Program-made: the position numbers and the translations under genes | Assembly (NCBI RefSeq): GCF_006345805.1 | Contig: NC_043000.1 | Location: 25,234,001-25,298,000, forward strand | Direction of reading: 5' to 3' | DNA length: 64,000 nucleotides | Source of the DNA: Octopus sinensis | Lineage: Eukaryota | Notes under the pieces: model-generated | The model's database searches: none | What the model was told of the DNA's origin: nothing | Seen by the model: only the letters and a program-made list of their open reading frames with translations | In this document: in pieces, positions 24,982 through 37,751 of the stretch | Layout: each line of letters opens with the position of its first letter | Numbering within the stretch: position 1 is the first letter of the stretch

Positions 24982-25021
<40 letters not shown>

Positions 25022-25265
25022 ATATTATATATATATATATTTATATATATATATTATATATATATATATATATTATATCAAATCATATCATATATATATT
25101 ATATATATATATATTATATAGCTACATATATATATAACATATATACATACATATATATTATATATATATATATTTTGTATATAATATATATATATATTAT
25201 ACATATATTTATATATATATCTATAATATATATTATATAGATCTATTATATATATATATTATATA

Positions 25266-25346
<81 letters not shown>

Positions 25347-25377
25347 TTATATATCTATATATATATATATAATATAT

Positions 25378-25410
<33 letters not shown>

Positions 25411-25603
25411 ATATATATATTATATATTATATATATTATATATATTATAATATATATATATTATATATATATATATATATTATATATATATAATATATTA
25501 TATATAGATATATATTATATATTATATTATACATATATATATATTATATATATATACATATATATAATATATTATCTATATATATATATATATCTATATA
25601 TAT

Positions 25604-25641
<38 letters not shown>

Positions 25642-25676
25642 TATTATATATAATATATATTTATATATATATATAT

Positions 25677-25710
<34 letters not shown>

Positions 25711-25782
25711 ATATACATATATAGATATTATTATATATATTATACATTATATATATATATATATATTATAATATATATATTA

Positions 25783-25826
<44 letters not shown>

Positions 25827-26120
25827 TATATAATTATATATATTCTATATAATATATATATTATATATATATATTATATATATAATAATATTATATATAT
25901 ATAATTATATATATATATATATCTTATATATATATATATTATATATATATATATTATTATATAATATATAATCATATCATATATATATATATTATATATA
26001 TATATATTTATATATATATATATATATATATATCAAATCATACATATATTATCTATATATATATATTATATATATATATATATATATAATATATATCATA
26101 TCATATATATATTATATATA

Positions 26121-26151
<31 letters not shown>

Positions 26152-26324
26152 ATCATATCATATATATATTATTATATATATATTATATATATATATATAT
26201 CAAATCATATCATATATATTATATATATATATATATATTATATAGCTACATATATATATAAACATATATACATACATATACATATATATATATATATATA
26301 TATTGTATATAGATATATATATAT

Positions 26325-26358
<34 letters not shown>

Positions 26359-26443
26359 TATATGCACATGTATATATATACACATATATACATGATTATG
26401 CATATATTATATATGTATACTTATATATATATATATAATATAG

Positions 26444-26474
<31 letters not shown>

Positions 26475-26518
26475 TATATACATATATTTATATATATATA
26501 TATATATACATACATACA

Positions 26519-26562
<44 letters not shown>

Positions 26563-26670
26563 CATACATACATATATGTATAATAGTATATATATATATA
26601 TTATATATATATAAATATATATATATGTGCCCCAGCATGGCCACAGCTCGTGAGCTGAAACTAAATCAAT

Positions 26671-26711
<41 letters not shown>

Positions 26712-26800
26712 CTATATATATATAATATATATATATATATATGCATGTATATATGTAATGTGAGATAATAGCTTCCCTATGATATATTATATACATATTG
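24876..26800. repeat. ~1.9-kb imperfect (TA)n tract
   Basis: Directly visible; many phase shifts. Confidence 0.95.
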
Positions 26801-27029
26801 AAACTATTAATACTGAAACAATTATCTCACATTATAATAGAGTTGTTACTGTTTCACTTTTGTCACGTAATACCGAAACAGTGTAAGAGATTGCTCCAGG
26901 GTCCTCGCATTAGGCCTGAAGTTAAAAACTGTTTTTGTCCCTGACACTCCATGGATCCTAAGTACTGCATGTGTAAAATTTGAATGAAATCGGTTGGGTA
27001 GTTCTCAAGTTTTAGTGATACACACACAT

Positions 27030-27082
<53 letters not shown>
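26800..27082. mobile_element. Possible non-autonomous Helitron/Helentron-like terminal fragment
   Basis: AAAATTTGAATGAAATCGGTTGGGTAGTT followed by a microsatellite, a layout common at termini of DINE-1/HINE-like elements. Inference. Confidence 0.4.
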
Positions 27083-27083
<1 letters not shown>

Positions 27084-27727
27084 TATATATATATATAATA
27101 TATATATATATAGTTAAAATTTATAGAAAGACAGAAGACGAAGACAGGTGTATGAACAACAAACAAGTGTATTAGTTTGACGCTCGGGAGAAATGAAAAA
27201 GTCTTTTACGGTTCGAAACTACGCTCTTCAAGTGAGGAAATAAGCAGAGAGAGAATGAAAAAGATTTGTAGAGTTCAGCGGTCCATACACATACATAATC
27301 ACACACTTACACACATATATATTGTTGTTGTATACACGGTGAGCAACCAGGATTGTAAACGATGACTTGCATATATATTTTTAATATATTCCAGCAGATT
27401 TAAACGCAAATATGCTAATCGCTGTTGTGTTCGTCACAGGAGAACTTCTCTCTTACGATGACTATGTGTTCTTAATACCCTTGATGCATTTCCACTAGGC
27501 ATTCTGGGACACCGGCATTTCAACGTATTGTGTCTCATCAGTCAGAAGTACTCGTGTTCAAATTAGCTGAATGTGCTATCAACAAACAGTCGACGTAAAA
27601 GGGAAGCTGTCCCTGTGAAGAATACACCATCGATTAGCATACTTACGTTAGAATCTGCTGGAATGCATTAAGTATAAATATGAAAGTCACCGTGTATGTA
27701 GATGTGCGTATGTGTGTGTATGCATAC

Positions 27728-27760
<33 letters not shown>

Positions 27761-29627
27761 TGTATGTATGTATGTATGTATGTATGTATGTATCTATCTA
27801 TCTATCTATCTACCTATGTATCTTTCTCTTTCTCTCTCTCTCTCAGCCTAGGCACTTCCACAGAAAGGGACGCAGAAAAAACAAGGAGAGAATAAAAAGG
27901 AGAGAAAAAATGTGTGTAGTGGCTAACGATCTATCATATATATATATATATATATATATAACTTTTTAACAAGAATAGTATTGATAGGACCTTCGAGATT
28001 TCCACCACCTAGGTGATCATCGAATTGTTTGATGATGGTTTACCTGTCCGAAGCTTCGAAGTCACTGTCAATAGTATTCTTGCTAGATGATAATAAATTT
28101 GTACTCTACCAAATACATTGAGCCTTCAGTTTAATGTAATTTTTTTTATAGCATAAGAACAAACATTAAATATAATGTAATATAATACGATATAATACAA
28201 TGTAATATATTATCGTGGTGGCCATTTAAAATATTTGTAACAGTTATATTCAGTTTTATTTATTTCCTGATAGCATTGTATATAATCGATTCTGAATTTG
28301 TTTTGCAAGAATTTTGATGTGAAACTGTATGTTGAAACGAACGTGATATATTTCTTAATGTATATCCATTGGGAAAGCAAGAGATTAAGTGCAGCGATAA
28401 TATTTTGGGGGACATAAACAAACTAAACAGCTTTGGAAAAGAAAGAGAAGTGGAATAGAGACAAGCATCAACCGGTAAGTGTTTTTTACAAGATTTATCA
28501 ATTTTGACCCTACAAATTATAACATATTGTTGTACTATGAGTGAGAGCAGTTTATGTGAAATTTATACAATTGCTCAGTGACACTAGCACAGCTTAACGG
28601 CATATACGTATGCATGTATATGCTATATAATTCACATATATGTATATATATATATATAAGAGTTTATAATGAAAGACCCATAATCATTTCGTCATGGCTT
28701 TAATGAATACTATACGAGCTTAATTTGAATGACTTCACCTGTATATGAACACAGACGATTATGTGGAAGGTATTTATCTCTTTACAGAAGGAGGATTTTC
28801 CGTTGGGAATGCAAATGAAAGAAACGGTAATTATGATGGTTTTTAGTATCCTTGCTTAGAGCACTTTAGAAGTTATTTCCATTAATTAGTCTATATATTC
28901 AAACGTCGTCCGGCGAGAGACAGATAGATAAAATGATAGGGTAAACTCTCTATGCCGTCCCGAGTGGTCCATAGAGTTATGGTCCATCGTACGATCAGTC
29001 TTTCCTTAAAATTAGGGTTGGGTTAGCTGTGGCTTATATTCTAATGTTGATGTGAAATAATATACATGAAATCGTAATATACGTAAAAATCAAATATTCT
29101 AGATTAAATATTCATAATTTATATGTATCTCACTCTGAAATTTTTCTTTTATTTTTTCCTTTCTTTCGATACTTGTTACCTTTTTCGATTCAGTAAAATG
29201 TAAAAAAATACATCTTTCGAAACTAAAATAAAAATAAAAATGAATAAATGCGTAAATACATAATTACATTACAATAAATAAACATTGATGAATAAAGATA
29301 TAACTCATTCAACAACTTTTTATTTTACAATCCTCACCTAAGATACAATCTTTACACATCTATCGTCTGCTTCATTGAGTTATAACTCCTATGACATACG
29401 ACAATACATAAAATACGTATAAAAAAAATGAAACTAAACAACTAAATTGTATTTCATAAATACAAAGTGATTCCCTTCAGAATTAGGTTCTGTGCGATCT
29501 TTATATTTCTTAAAATGTTCATGTGTAATATTACTGTCTTCGATGAACTGAGCACAACATGTTTTTCGTTTTCGATGTTTCATTAATAACTTGTCTTTCT
29601 TCTGGTTTGAAAACTATAACAAATATA

Positions 29628-29892
29628 GGCGTAGGAGTGGCTGTGTGGTAAGTAGCTTGCTTACGAACCACATGGTTCCGGGTTCAGTCCCACTGCGTGG
29701 CACCTTGGGCAAGTGTTTTCTGCTATAGCCTCAGGCCGACCAAAGCTTTGTGAGTAGATTTGGTAGACGGAAACTGAAAGAAGCCCGTCGTATATATATA
29801 TATTTATTTATTTATATGTGTGTATATGTTTGTGTGTCTGTGTTTGTCCCCCAGACATCGCTTGACAACCGATGCTGGTGTGTTAACGTCCC
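29628..29892 (+). mobile_element. SINE family B truncated by the assembly gap
   Basis: Family B head and body running into Ns. Confidence 0.9.
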
Positions 29893-29992
29893 NNNNNNNN
29901 NNNNNNNNNNNNNNNNNNNNNNNNNNNNNNNNNNNNNNNNNNNNNNNNNNNNNNNNNNNNNNNNNNNNNNNNNNNNNNNNNNNNNNNNNNNN
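29893..29992. other. Assembly gap (100 N)
   Basis: Run of N. Confidence 1.
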
Positions 29993-30263
29993 ATGCATGC
30001 ATGTGTGTTGTGTATGTGTGTGTGGTGGTGTGTGTGTGTGTTGTGCGTGTTTGTGCGTGTGTACGTGTGCGTGTGTGTATAGTAGGCTCATAAATATATT
30101 ACAATTCTGAGATCGATCAGCAGCTACTATTAGTTTCCGGTCAGGTAACGTGGGTCAGCCATTCTAGCAGCAAGCTAAACAGCTTAATGGCTTCTTAAAA
30201 AAAACATCGCTCGCTTTTTCAACAAGCGCGCAATAAATTTACGACTGAGAAAAATTAAAATAG

Positions 30264-30326
<63 letters not shown>

Positions 30327-31064
30327 GTGGACCCACACTGTAACCTACAGATACACGCTCGCACACGTCTTAATACGTATACACACGCGAAAATACACAG
30401 ACACACACAATATACATACATATATTCATAATTCTACACAAATGTAATTGTTTTTTTCATAAGAAGGGACTTCAATCGTTTACCTTTTCCTGGGTGTTTA
30501 TTTCCTTTGTCAAGTTAAGACTCACATAGACAAATACATATATTATGCACCCACAGGCACTGTGGGTGCGCTCACTCACGTGCACACACGCGATATCACT
30601 CACTCGCATATACACACATGTACTAATTATTAGAGAATAGGATTAGGGTGAAGATGGAGAGTGAGAGACGTGGAAGGAAAAGAATGAAAAGCATGAGAAG
30701 AGAGATAGAGAGAAGCTAGAGGGATTAAAATGAAGACGAAAAGGTAAGTAAGAGGGTTATATTGTGCAGGGGATCTGCAATTCAGCGCGTATTTTGGAGA
30801 AGCACATAAATTAGAGCTTCTTCAGTCACAACTGAAAGGTATAAAAAGATTAACGATATATTAGGGTAAAATGTGGTTTATCGTGGTGATGTCCAGTTTC
30901 TGAGCACAAATTTTCTCATATGTATACACCGGGTGTAGTTAACTGCTTTTATGTTGAGAAACAAGTTTGTTTTCCCACTTATTCCTTAAAAATATGCTCT
31001 TTTCTGCTATACAGAGTTTGCATCTCTTGCTAGTATTCATGTATAGTCTGCATTTTCAGCGATA

Positions 31065-31152
31065 CTCTCTTTTACTCTTTTACTTGTTTCAGTCATTTGA
31101 CTGCGGCCATGCTAGAGCACCGCCTTTAGTCGAGCAAATCGACCCCAGGATT
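31065..31152 (-). mobile_element. SINE family B 3' end
   Basis: CTTGTTTCAGTCATTTGACTGCGGCCATGCT...GTCGAGCAAATCGACCCCAGG. Confidence 0.85.
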
Positions 31153-31159
31153 TTTAGTT

Positions 31160-31630
31160 GACAGAAACTTCATAGATTCTCGTGTGATGACCGTTTCTGT
31201 TCTTGATGGTAAATTTAGTCTGTCGCTTGGTTCAAAGCACCATCTGACCCTTGGTTGCTTGGCTGCAGGCATTTCAACTTGGTCTTTGATGTGAGGACAA
31301 CCTTCTTCCATATTTGCTATCAGTAATGGAGGCCCTGAAAGCAGCTATGAGGACCAACAAATTTAACATTATCGAATTTTGGATTGTGTTTATTGCTAGG
31401 ATTTAAACCGCCCAATAAAACTTTTGTCGGTTGAGAGAGACTCATTCAAGTAGAAACTGTTGCATTGACGAGCGACACCGGAATTTAAATTCTTCCAATG
31501 AAGTGCCATGTTAGTCACACAGTAAAGAAGGGTTCTAGTTGTATGGACTGTTTCGTCTAAAACTGCACTCCATTTTCCTGGAAGCTCTCTTGAACGGTGA
31601 GTAAATGTTATAATTTCCATAGAATTCAAT
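31160..31630 (-). pseudogene. Possible Ty3/Gypsy integrase C-terminal remnant
   Basis: KWSAVLDETVHTTRTLLYCVTNMALH resembles W..VL..ALH..RSLL...TN.TPH of Gypsy integrases; degenerate. Confidence 0.45.
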
Positions 31631-31651
31631 TTAGATGTTATACATTAGTGA

Positions 31652-31968
31652 AGGCACGTAGCTTAGTGGTTAGAGTACTTGGTTCACGATCGTAAGGTTG
31701 CGAGTTCGGTTTCTGTCGATGCGTTGCGTCCTTGAGCAAGACACTTTATTTCACATTGCCCCAGTCCATTTAGCTGACAAAAATGGGTTGTACTTGTCAA
31801 AGGGCCAGCCTTGTCACATTCTATGACACGCTGAATTGCCCTGTAAAGTACGTTAAGGGCACGCGTTTTTGTGGAGTGCTCAGCCACTTTTACGTTAATT
31901 TGACCAGCAGACTGTCCGGTTGATCGGATCAACTGGAACCCTTGTCGTCGAAAGCGACGGAGTGCCAG
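31652..31968 (+). mobile_element. tRNA-derived SINE (family C head, alternative tail)
   Basis: GGCACGTAGCTTAGTGGTTAGAG head and TCCTTGAGCAAGACACTT body as in 61464-61707; different 3' part, related to 51835-52118 (-). Confidence 0.8.
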
Positions 31969-32519
31969 ATGTTCCATTTAAATGTTTTCAACAGAATGTG
32001 ATATGAGGGAGATTTGAATGACGATACTGAGGCTGCCTCCGTCCACGCCCGATTTTCACAGATTTTAGGCCTTGCGACTAATATATATTTTAGTAAAAAA
32101 AAAATCAATATTAATGTCAAACTTCAATAATAGAAGTCGGCAATGTTTAAAGACTTAATGAAACACCACTTGTGGGTGTATGGATGGTTCTTTGAGAATT
32201 AAGAGTGGAATAATCTCATAAATACCTATAGAGAAGCTGTTCCTAATACAATCTTATGGTTGTACAAACAACCATTGAAACGACCAAAATATACAGAAAT
32301 AAGCCGATTGCTGTCAATAATAACCACATAAAAATACGTTAATCGATGGAGATCAATAGAGAAAAATGAGAAAATACAATTAATGGGAGAAACCAATATA
32401 ACTAATCAACCACTACAGTATGTTTAATGTTTGTATACATGCATACATACATACAATTTGTATGTATGTGTATGTGTAGATTCACAAATACACAATGTGT
32501 GTGTAGGTATGTATATATG

Positions 32520-32564
<45 letters not shown>

Positions 32565-33528
32565 TATCGTGTGGTGTGTACGTGCGTGCGCGTGTGTATG
32601 TTTGTGTATATATGTGTATGTATATATATATATATGCATATATATAATATATATATTATATATATATATATATATTTATTATAATATATATATATATATA
32701 TTACTGTATGTATTCAAGTGTGTGTTTTATGATGAGCATGTCACACCATCTCCTGATCGAAGAAGCAAAAAGAGGATACAATGAAAACAAAAAACAAAAC
32801 AAAAAATGAAGAAAGCAGCAAGAAGCCAAAATGGCGGACGTGGTGGAGAAGGAGGCCGTGGTGGTTGTGATCGTGGCGGGGTGGGAGGAAGAACAAGCGT
32901 GAATAGAGCTGGAACATCAAACATATGGAAGAGAAATGATAAGTTAACCTTTATTATTGACGACATTAATAAGGCGAATCTAATTGCCAGGCAAACATGC
33001 TGACCAAACGCATGATCACATGAGCTAATGTATACAGAACCACACAAATACATGTATACATACATACATACATACATACATACATACATACATACATACA
33101 TACCTAGATACATAATACATACATACATACATACATACTACATACATACATACATACATACATACATACATACATACCTAGATACATACATACATACAAA
33201 CATGCATACATACAAACCTAGATACATACATACTGTAAAAATCTGTTTAAACTTTCCAGGGGTTTATCATTTAAATATATATGAGCATGTCTAGATATGT
33301 AACTATATGCATGAGAATACAAACATAAAACATACAAATCTGTACATACATACATACATACATACATACATACATACATACATACATACATACATACATA
33401 CAAAACTACCCTGTTGCTGGTGTTGAAATTCCAATGAAGGAGTCTTGGATCTAGGTTAGAAATCGGTTCTTTCTCTATTGGCAAGAAATCTTGAGATAAA
33501 CTGAATAATGACAACATAAATACACACA

Positions 33529-33579
<51 letters not shown>

Positions 33580-33605
33580 GATATAATATATATATATATA
33601 TATAT

Positions 33606-33657
33606 CTCTTTTACTTGTTTCAGTCATTTGACTGCAGCCATGCTGGAGCACCGCCTT
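33606..33657 (-). mobile_element. SINE family B 3' tip abutting the Penelope-like fragment
   Basis: CTTGTTTCAGTCATTTGACTGCAGCCATGCTGGAGCACCGCCTTT. Confidence 0.85.
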
Positions 33658-34014
33658 TACCAATGCAGAGCTTATACTGAATCAGATGTCTACTTGTATA
33701 TCGGAGCTTCATCATCGAAATTGGCCGTTAGAATATCGAATCACTTCACAACGTTTCGCGATTTTGGAAAGCAACACGCGACCGGGTTAAGTAAATTAGT
33801 CTGGCGTTTGAAGAACGCGAATTCAACCTTTAGACTGGAATGGTCGATTTTATCGGTGTCTGTACCGTTTGATAGAGGCAAAAGAATCTGTAATCTTTGC
33901 AACTCGGAACTTTTTCACATTTTGTTCGCCCGAGGGCAACTTGTTAACTCGATTTTGCAAAATTCTTTTAGATGTCCGCACTGGAGGCGGCACACATTTC
34001 TTGCATACCAATGA
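33658..34014 (+). CDS. GIY-YIG endonuclease domain fragment of a Penelope-like element (no genuine start codon)
   Basis: YQC...YIGAS....VRISNH..TF......T.LSK.VW.LK......W.IL......C.LC..E...I......N......C.H matches the Neptune-type PLE endonuclease pattern; the first 10 residues of the ORF-track entry are SINE-derived. Confidence 0.88.
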   Translation, partial: YQCRAYTESDVYLYIGASSSKLAVRISNHFTTFRDFGKQHATGLSKLVWRLKNANSTFRLEWSILSVSVPFDRGKRICNLCNSELFHILFARGQLVNSILQNSFRCPHWRRHTFLAYQ

Positions 34015-34579
34015 AGTCTAAGATAATTAACCCCTTGATGTCCTAAGAAAGAAAAAAAAATTGAATTAAATTTGTAAGGGGAAATTACTCCCCTTTTAGC
34101 GTATGAACTGCTACTTATTTAGAAATACTATCAGGGATGTATACTCCCATTGTTGACAAGCCATCTCTCTATAAACTGGTCGCAGACGAACACACAGACA
34201 CTTGACCATTAATAGCTGCTATATATTTCTCCCTAGCAGCTTCCTAAACATACTGCCACACATACATAGGCGCACACACACATACATGTAGGCAATTTCT
34301 CACACCCAAACACGATAGCACTCATTCTTAAAACAATTCGAATATTAACACTAGTCATACAGAATATATTCACACTCTTTGGTTTTCTGTAATTCTTTCC
34401 CTCCCCCATGTTAACCGGATTTTGACCTCGAATTATCTCAACGGGCTTTTTCGTCGGCTTTCACCCAGCCCGACGTCAACGCATTTGAGAGACAGTTTTG
34501 TGCCATTCATACCATGAGCTCCTAGAGAGCGTTTGTCGAAAAGCTTGCTGCGCATTTTGTTGGAGATTTAAGTTCCTTG

Positions 34580-34665
34580 ATTTTCCTGAAGAGAAAGCTG
34601 CAAAATGGTCTCCTTATTCAATCCGAATTAGGGACTTTGCAGCCTTTGAAACATATGTAGAAAAT
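34580..34665 (+). ncRNA. Type I hammerhead ribozyme
   Basis: Stem I ATTTTC/GAAAAT; core CTGAAGA (34586-34592); long stem II GCTGCAAA...TTTGCAGC; GAAAC (34648-34652); palindromic stem III ACATATGT; GTA cleavage triplet at 34657-34659. Confidence 0.85.
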
Positions 34666-34870
34666 AATAAAAAGGAATTTTGTAAAATCTTCGTTCAGCT
34701 CCATTTCTTGCCTCACTAAATATATAAAACTTCAATTTCCGCACTAAGGCACGGTTTTGAGACCCCATGGTCGTAACCTCAACCGTGATTTTTCTGTTGT
34801 GATTTTTTGCTACCCAGGTATCGGTTATAATTTGAATAATCCGTAACAAGATAATTCATTTATCCATTTC

Positions 34871-34960
<90 letters not shown>

Positions 34961-35611
34961 GTATATATGTATACTCATATGTACATATGTATATACATAC
35001 ATATATAATTATATGTATATAATTATATATAATTATATGTATATAAATACACACGCACTCGTGCAAACGCATACACACACACACACATACACATGAACAT
35101 ACATATCTACACAAACATACTCACAGAAACCTGTGCAACAAAGTGAGTTTTAAAACTGTAACTCAAATCATTTTTGCAATTAGACGACAAAAACTTTCTG
35201 GAGGAGTGTTTAAAGTCTGAAAAACAACTTTAATCATCTCAACTGATCTTTAATTATACTAGTTAATGAAAACTTGGTAAAAATAATAAGAATGTATTTT
35301 GGAATGGACTTTGACTGGAAAGTCAACTGGTGAAAGCGACAGGCATGTTTCGGCTTTATTGAATCTCTTCAGTGAAACATAGTCACCTCGGTTTTGATAG
35401 ATCTAGAAATAATCTAGCACATGTATGTATGCATGTATGTATGTATGTTATGTATTATGTATGTATGTAGTATGTATGTATGTATGTTGTGTTGTATGTA
35501 TGTATGTAGTATGTATGTATGTATGTATGTATGTACGTACGTACGTATGTATGTATGTATGTATGTATGTGTATTATGTATGTATGTATGTATGAATGTA
35601 TGTATGTATGT

Positions 35612-35857
35612 ACACCGTGACCGACCAGGCTATCAGATGTTGGTAGTCATCGCTGGTCACACTGCGCCTCGCATTGTTTTAGCCTTCAAATGACACCACC
35701 CCGCTGGCTAAGCGAGCAGGCCAACAGAAGAAAGAGTGAGAGAAAGTTGTGGCGAAAAAGTACAGCGGGGATCGCCTCCATCCACTGCCGGAGTCTCGTG
35801 GAGCTTTAGGTGTTTTCGCTCCATAAACACTCACAACGCCCGATCTGGGAATCGAAA
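35612..35857 (-). mobile_element. tRNA-derived SINE related to 21988-22285, between (TATG)n tracts
   Basis: Shares CTTTTTCGCCACAACTTTCTCTCACTCTTTC and the preceding body with 22125-22155; different tail. Confidence 0.75.
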
Positions 35858-35891
35858 TGTATGTATGTATGTATGTATGTATGTATGTATG

Positions 35892-35922
<31 letters not shown>

Positions 35923-35931
35923 GTATGTATG

Positions 35932-35962
<31 letters not shown>

Positions 35963-35966
<4 letters not shown>

Positions 35967-36685
35967 CAGGGGAAACACTCACAGCATCTAATAACATCAG
36001 AGACCTGGTAGGATGAGCTCCTGGATCCTAAGGACCTTCCGGTCCAGAGAGCAAGGTGTCAATATTCCTCTTTTCTCCTTTGTAAGGCCACACCTCGAAT
36101 ACTGCTGCTCCATGTGGTCTCTCCATACAAAAGCAAAGCATCTCGAAAGTTGAATCACCCCAGAGGTCATTCACTAAAAGAATTACGGGCATGACTGATC
36201 TCGATTACTGGGACTGCCTCAAAGCATTGAAATTCTATTCTCCCCAGCACCGACGCCAACGATATATCATTTGCACGATGTGGAGAATATATACTAGCAG
36301 CATTGCCTAAGCGACCTCAACATGAGCTTCAAAATTCATCCAAGGTTAGGACCACGGGCCTTATGTTCACTACCCAATTCAGAATTACAACGCATAAATA
36401 TTCTGCAACACAATTTCTTTTAATCAACAGGCCCTGCCTTATTTAAAATTGCCCCGAAAAAGATCAGAAAGGAAAAGGATCCCATTATCTTTAAACGGAA
36501 TCTGTACAAATTTCTTCAAGGAATCCCAGATAAGCCACCTATACCTGGATACAACTCACTCAATAAGAACTCCCAACTCGAATGAACCACAAAACTTGAC
36601 TTTAAAAGAATTTAGATAAGCCTATCAGGTGGTGGTGTTAAGTTAGACATGATCTGGACCAATCTTTGGTCGAATATATCTAAGT
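35963..36685 (+). mobile_element. Degenerate CR1-like LINE 3' fragment
   Basis: IRDL...VRPHLEYCCSMWS...KVESPQRSFTKRITGMTDLDYWDCLKALKFYSPQHRRQRYII..MWRI, matching YW.RL..L..YSLQRRRERY.I..W. Confidence 0.85.
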
Positions 36686-36750
36686 TATAGATATACCACA
36701 CATATATATATATATATATATATACAACCCACAATATACATATATCTATC

Positions 36751-36826
<76 letters not shown>

Positions 36827-37751
36827 CATACATATACATATATGTAGGTGTGTCTGTGTTTGTGTGTGTATATTATATATATAGATATAGATATATAAGT
36901 GATCCTATCAATTGGTGCTGAAATCATGCTGATATCCGTTAGGCACCTGAACGGGGAACTCCAGGTTTGATTAATCTTATTCCTTTGTTCGTTATGTTTG
37001 TAATATTACCTGATTGATTGAGTACTACATATTTGTAGATATGGCTGTGTATATGTTCATGTTCTAATGTTGGGTTCTGGAATTGTAAGGGCTTCTCGGT
37101 TAGTTTAGTTCATACTTTTATGATTGTACTAGTTTGCGATATTTAAACATATATGTTAAAAATTAGGTCTGTGAAAATACACTCTGAGCGCTTTCTGCAT
37201 ATAAACGTTTTATTTTACATTTTCTGAGTATTTCTTTTAATGATTGCCATTTTCACTCCTCAGATTATCCTTGAAAATCAGTGATATGAAACTCGGAGTA
37301 TCGAAAATTAGATTTTCAGGCATTTCATATTTGGAGAAATGCTTTGGTGCAATGGTAGCGCGATCGTTTTTTATACAGTAGACGCTTTGTTCGGGTCTCA
37401 TTAGATTTAGAGCTTCGTGTTGCTTTTGTATTCCTTGATTGATTAGAATTTAGTTAATGTCCTACTAATTAATTTACTACTAGTTCTAGTCGGAACAGAT
37501 TTATGTATTTGGTTTCATTGGCCTGCCTTTCAGGTTAAAATTTTATACTTGCTGAAACAGAGATCATATTAAATTGCTTGTAGTATTTTAAAGAGATTTC
37601 CGTATTTAACTGTTCGCTTAGCCACGCATTGAGTTTTAGATGAACTGTTGTTGGCCATGCGAAAACAAATTTTGTTGACACCTGCAACTAGCTCTTACTA
37701 TTCGACGCTATTGGTATTGATGTTGTAGGTATTGTAGATTGTATTAATAAA

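Larger units (their letters stand above)
33658..34872 (+). mobile_element. 5'-truncated Penelope-like retroelement (Neptune-type): GIY-YIG C-terminus plus terminal region with hammerhead, ending in (TA)n
   Basis: Endonuclease ORF followed by ~850 bp containing a hammerhead at 34580-34665. Confidence 0.85.
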
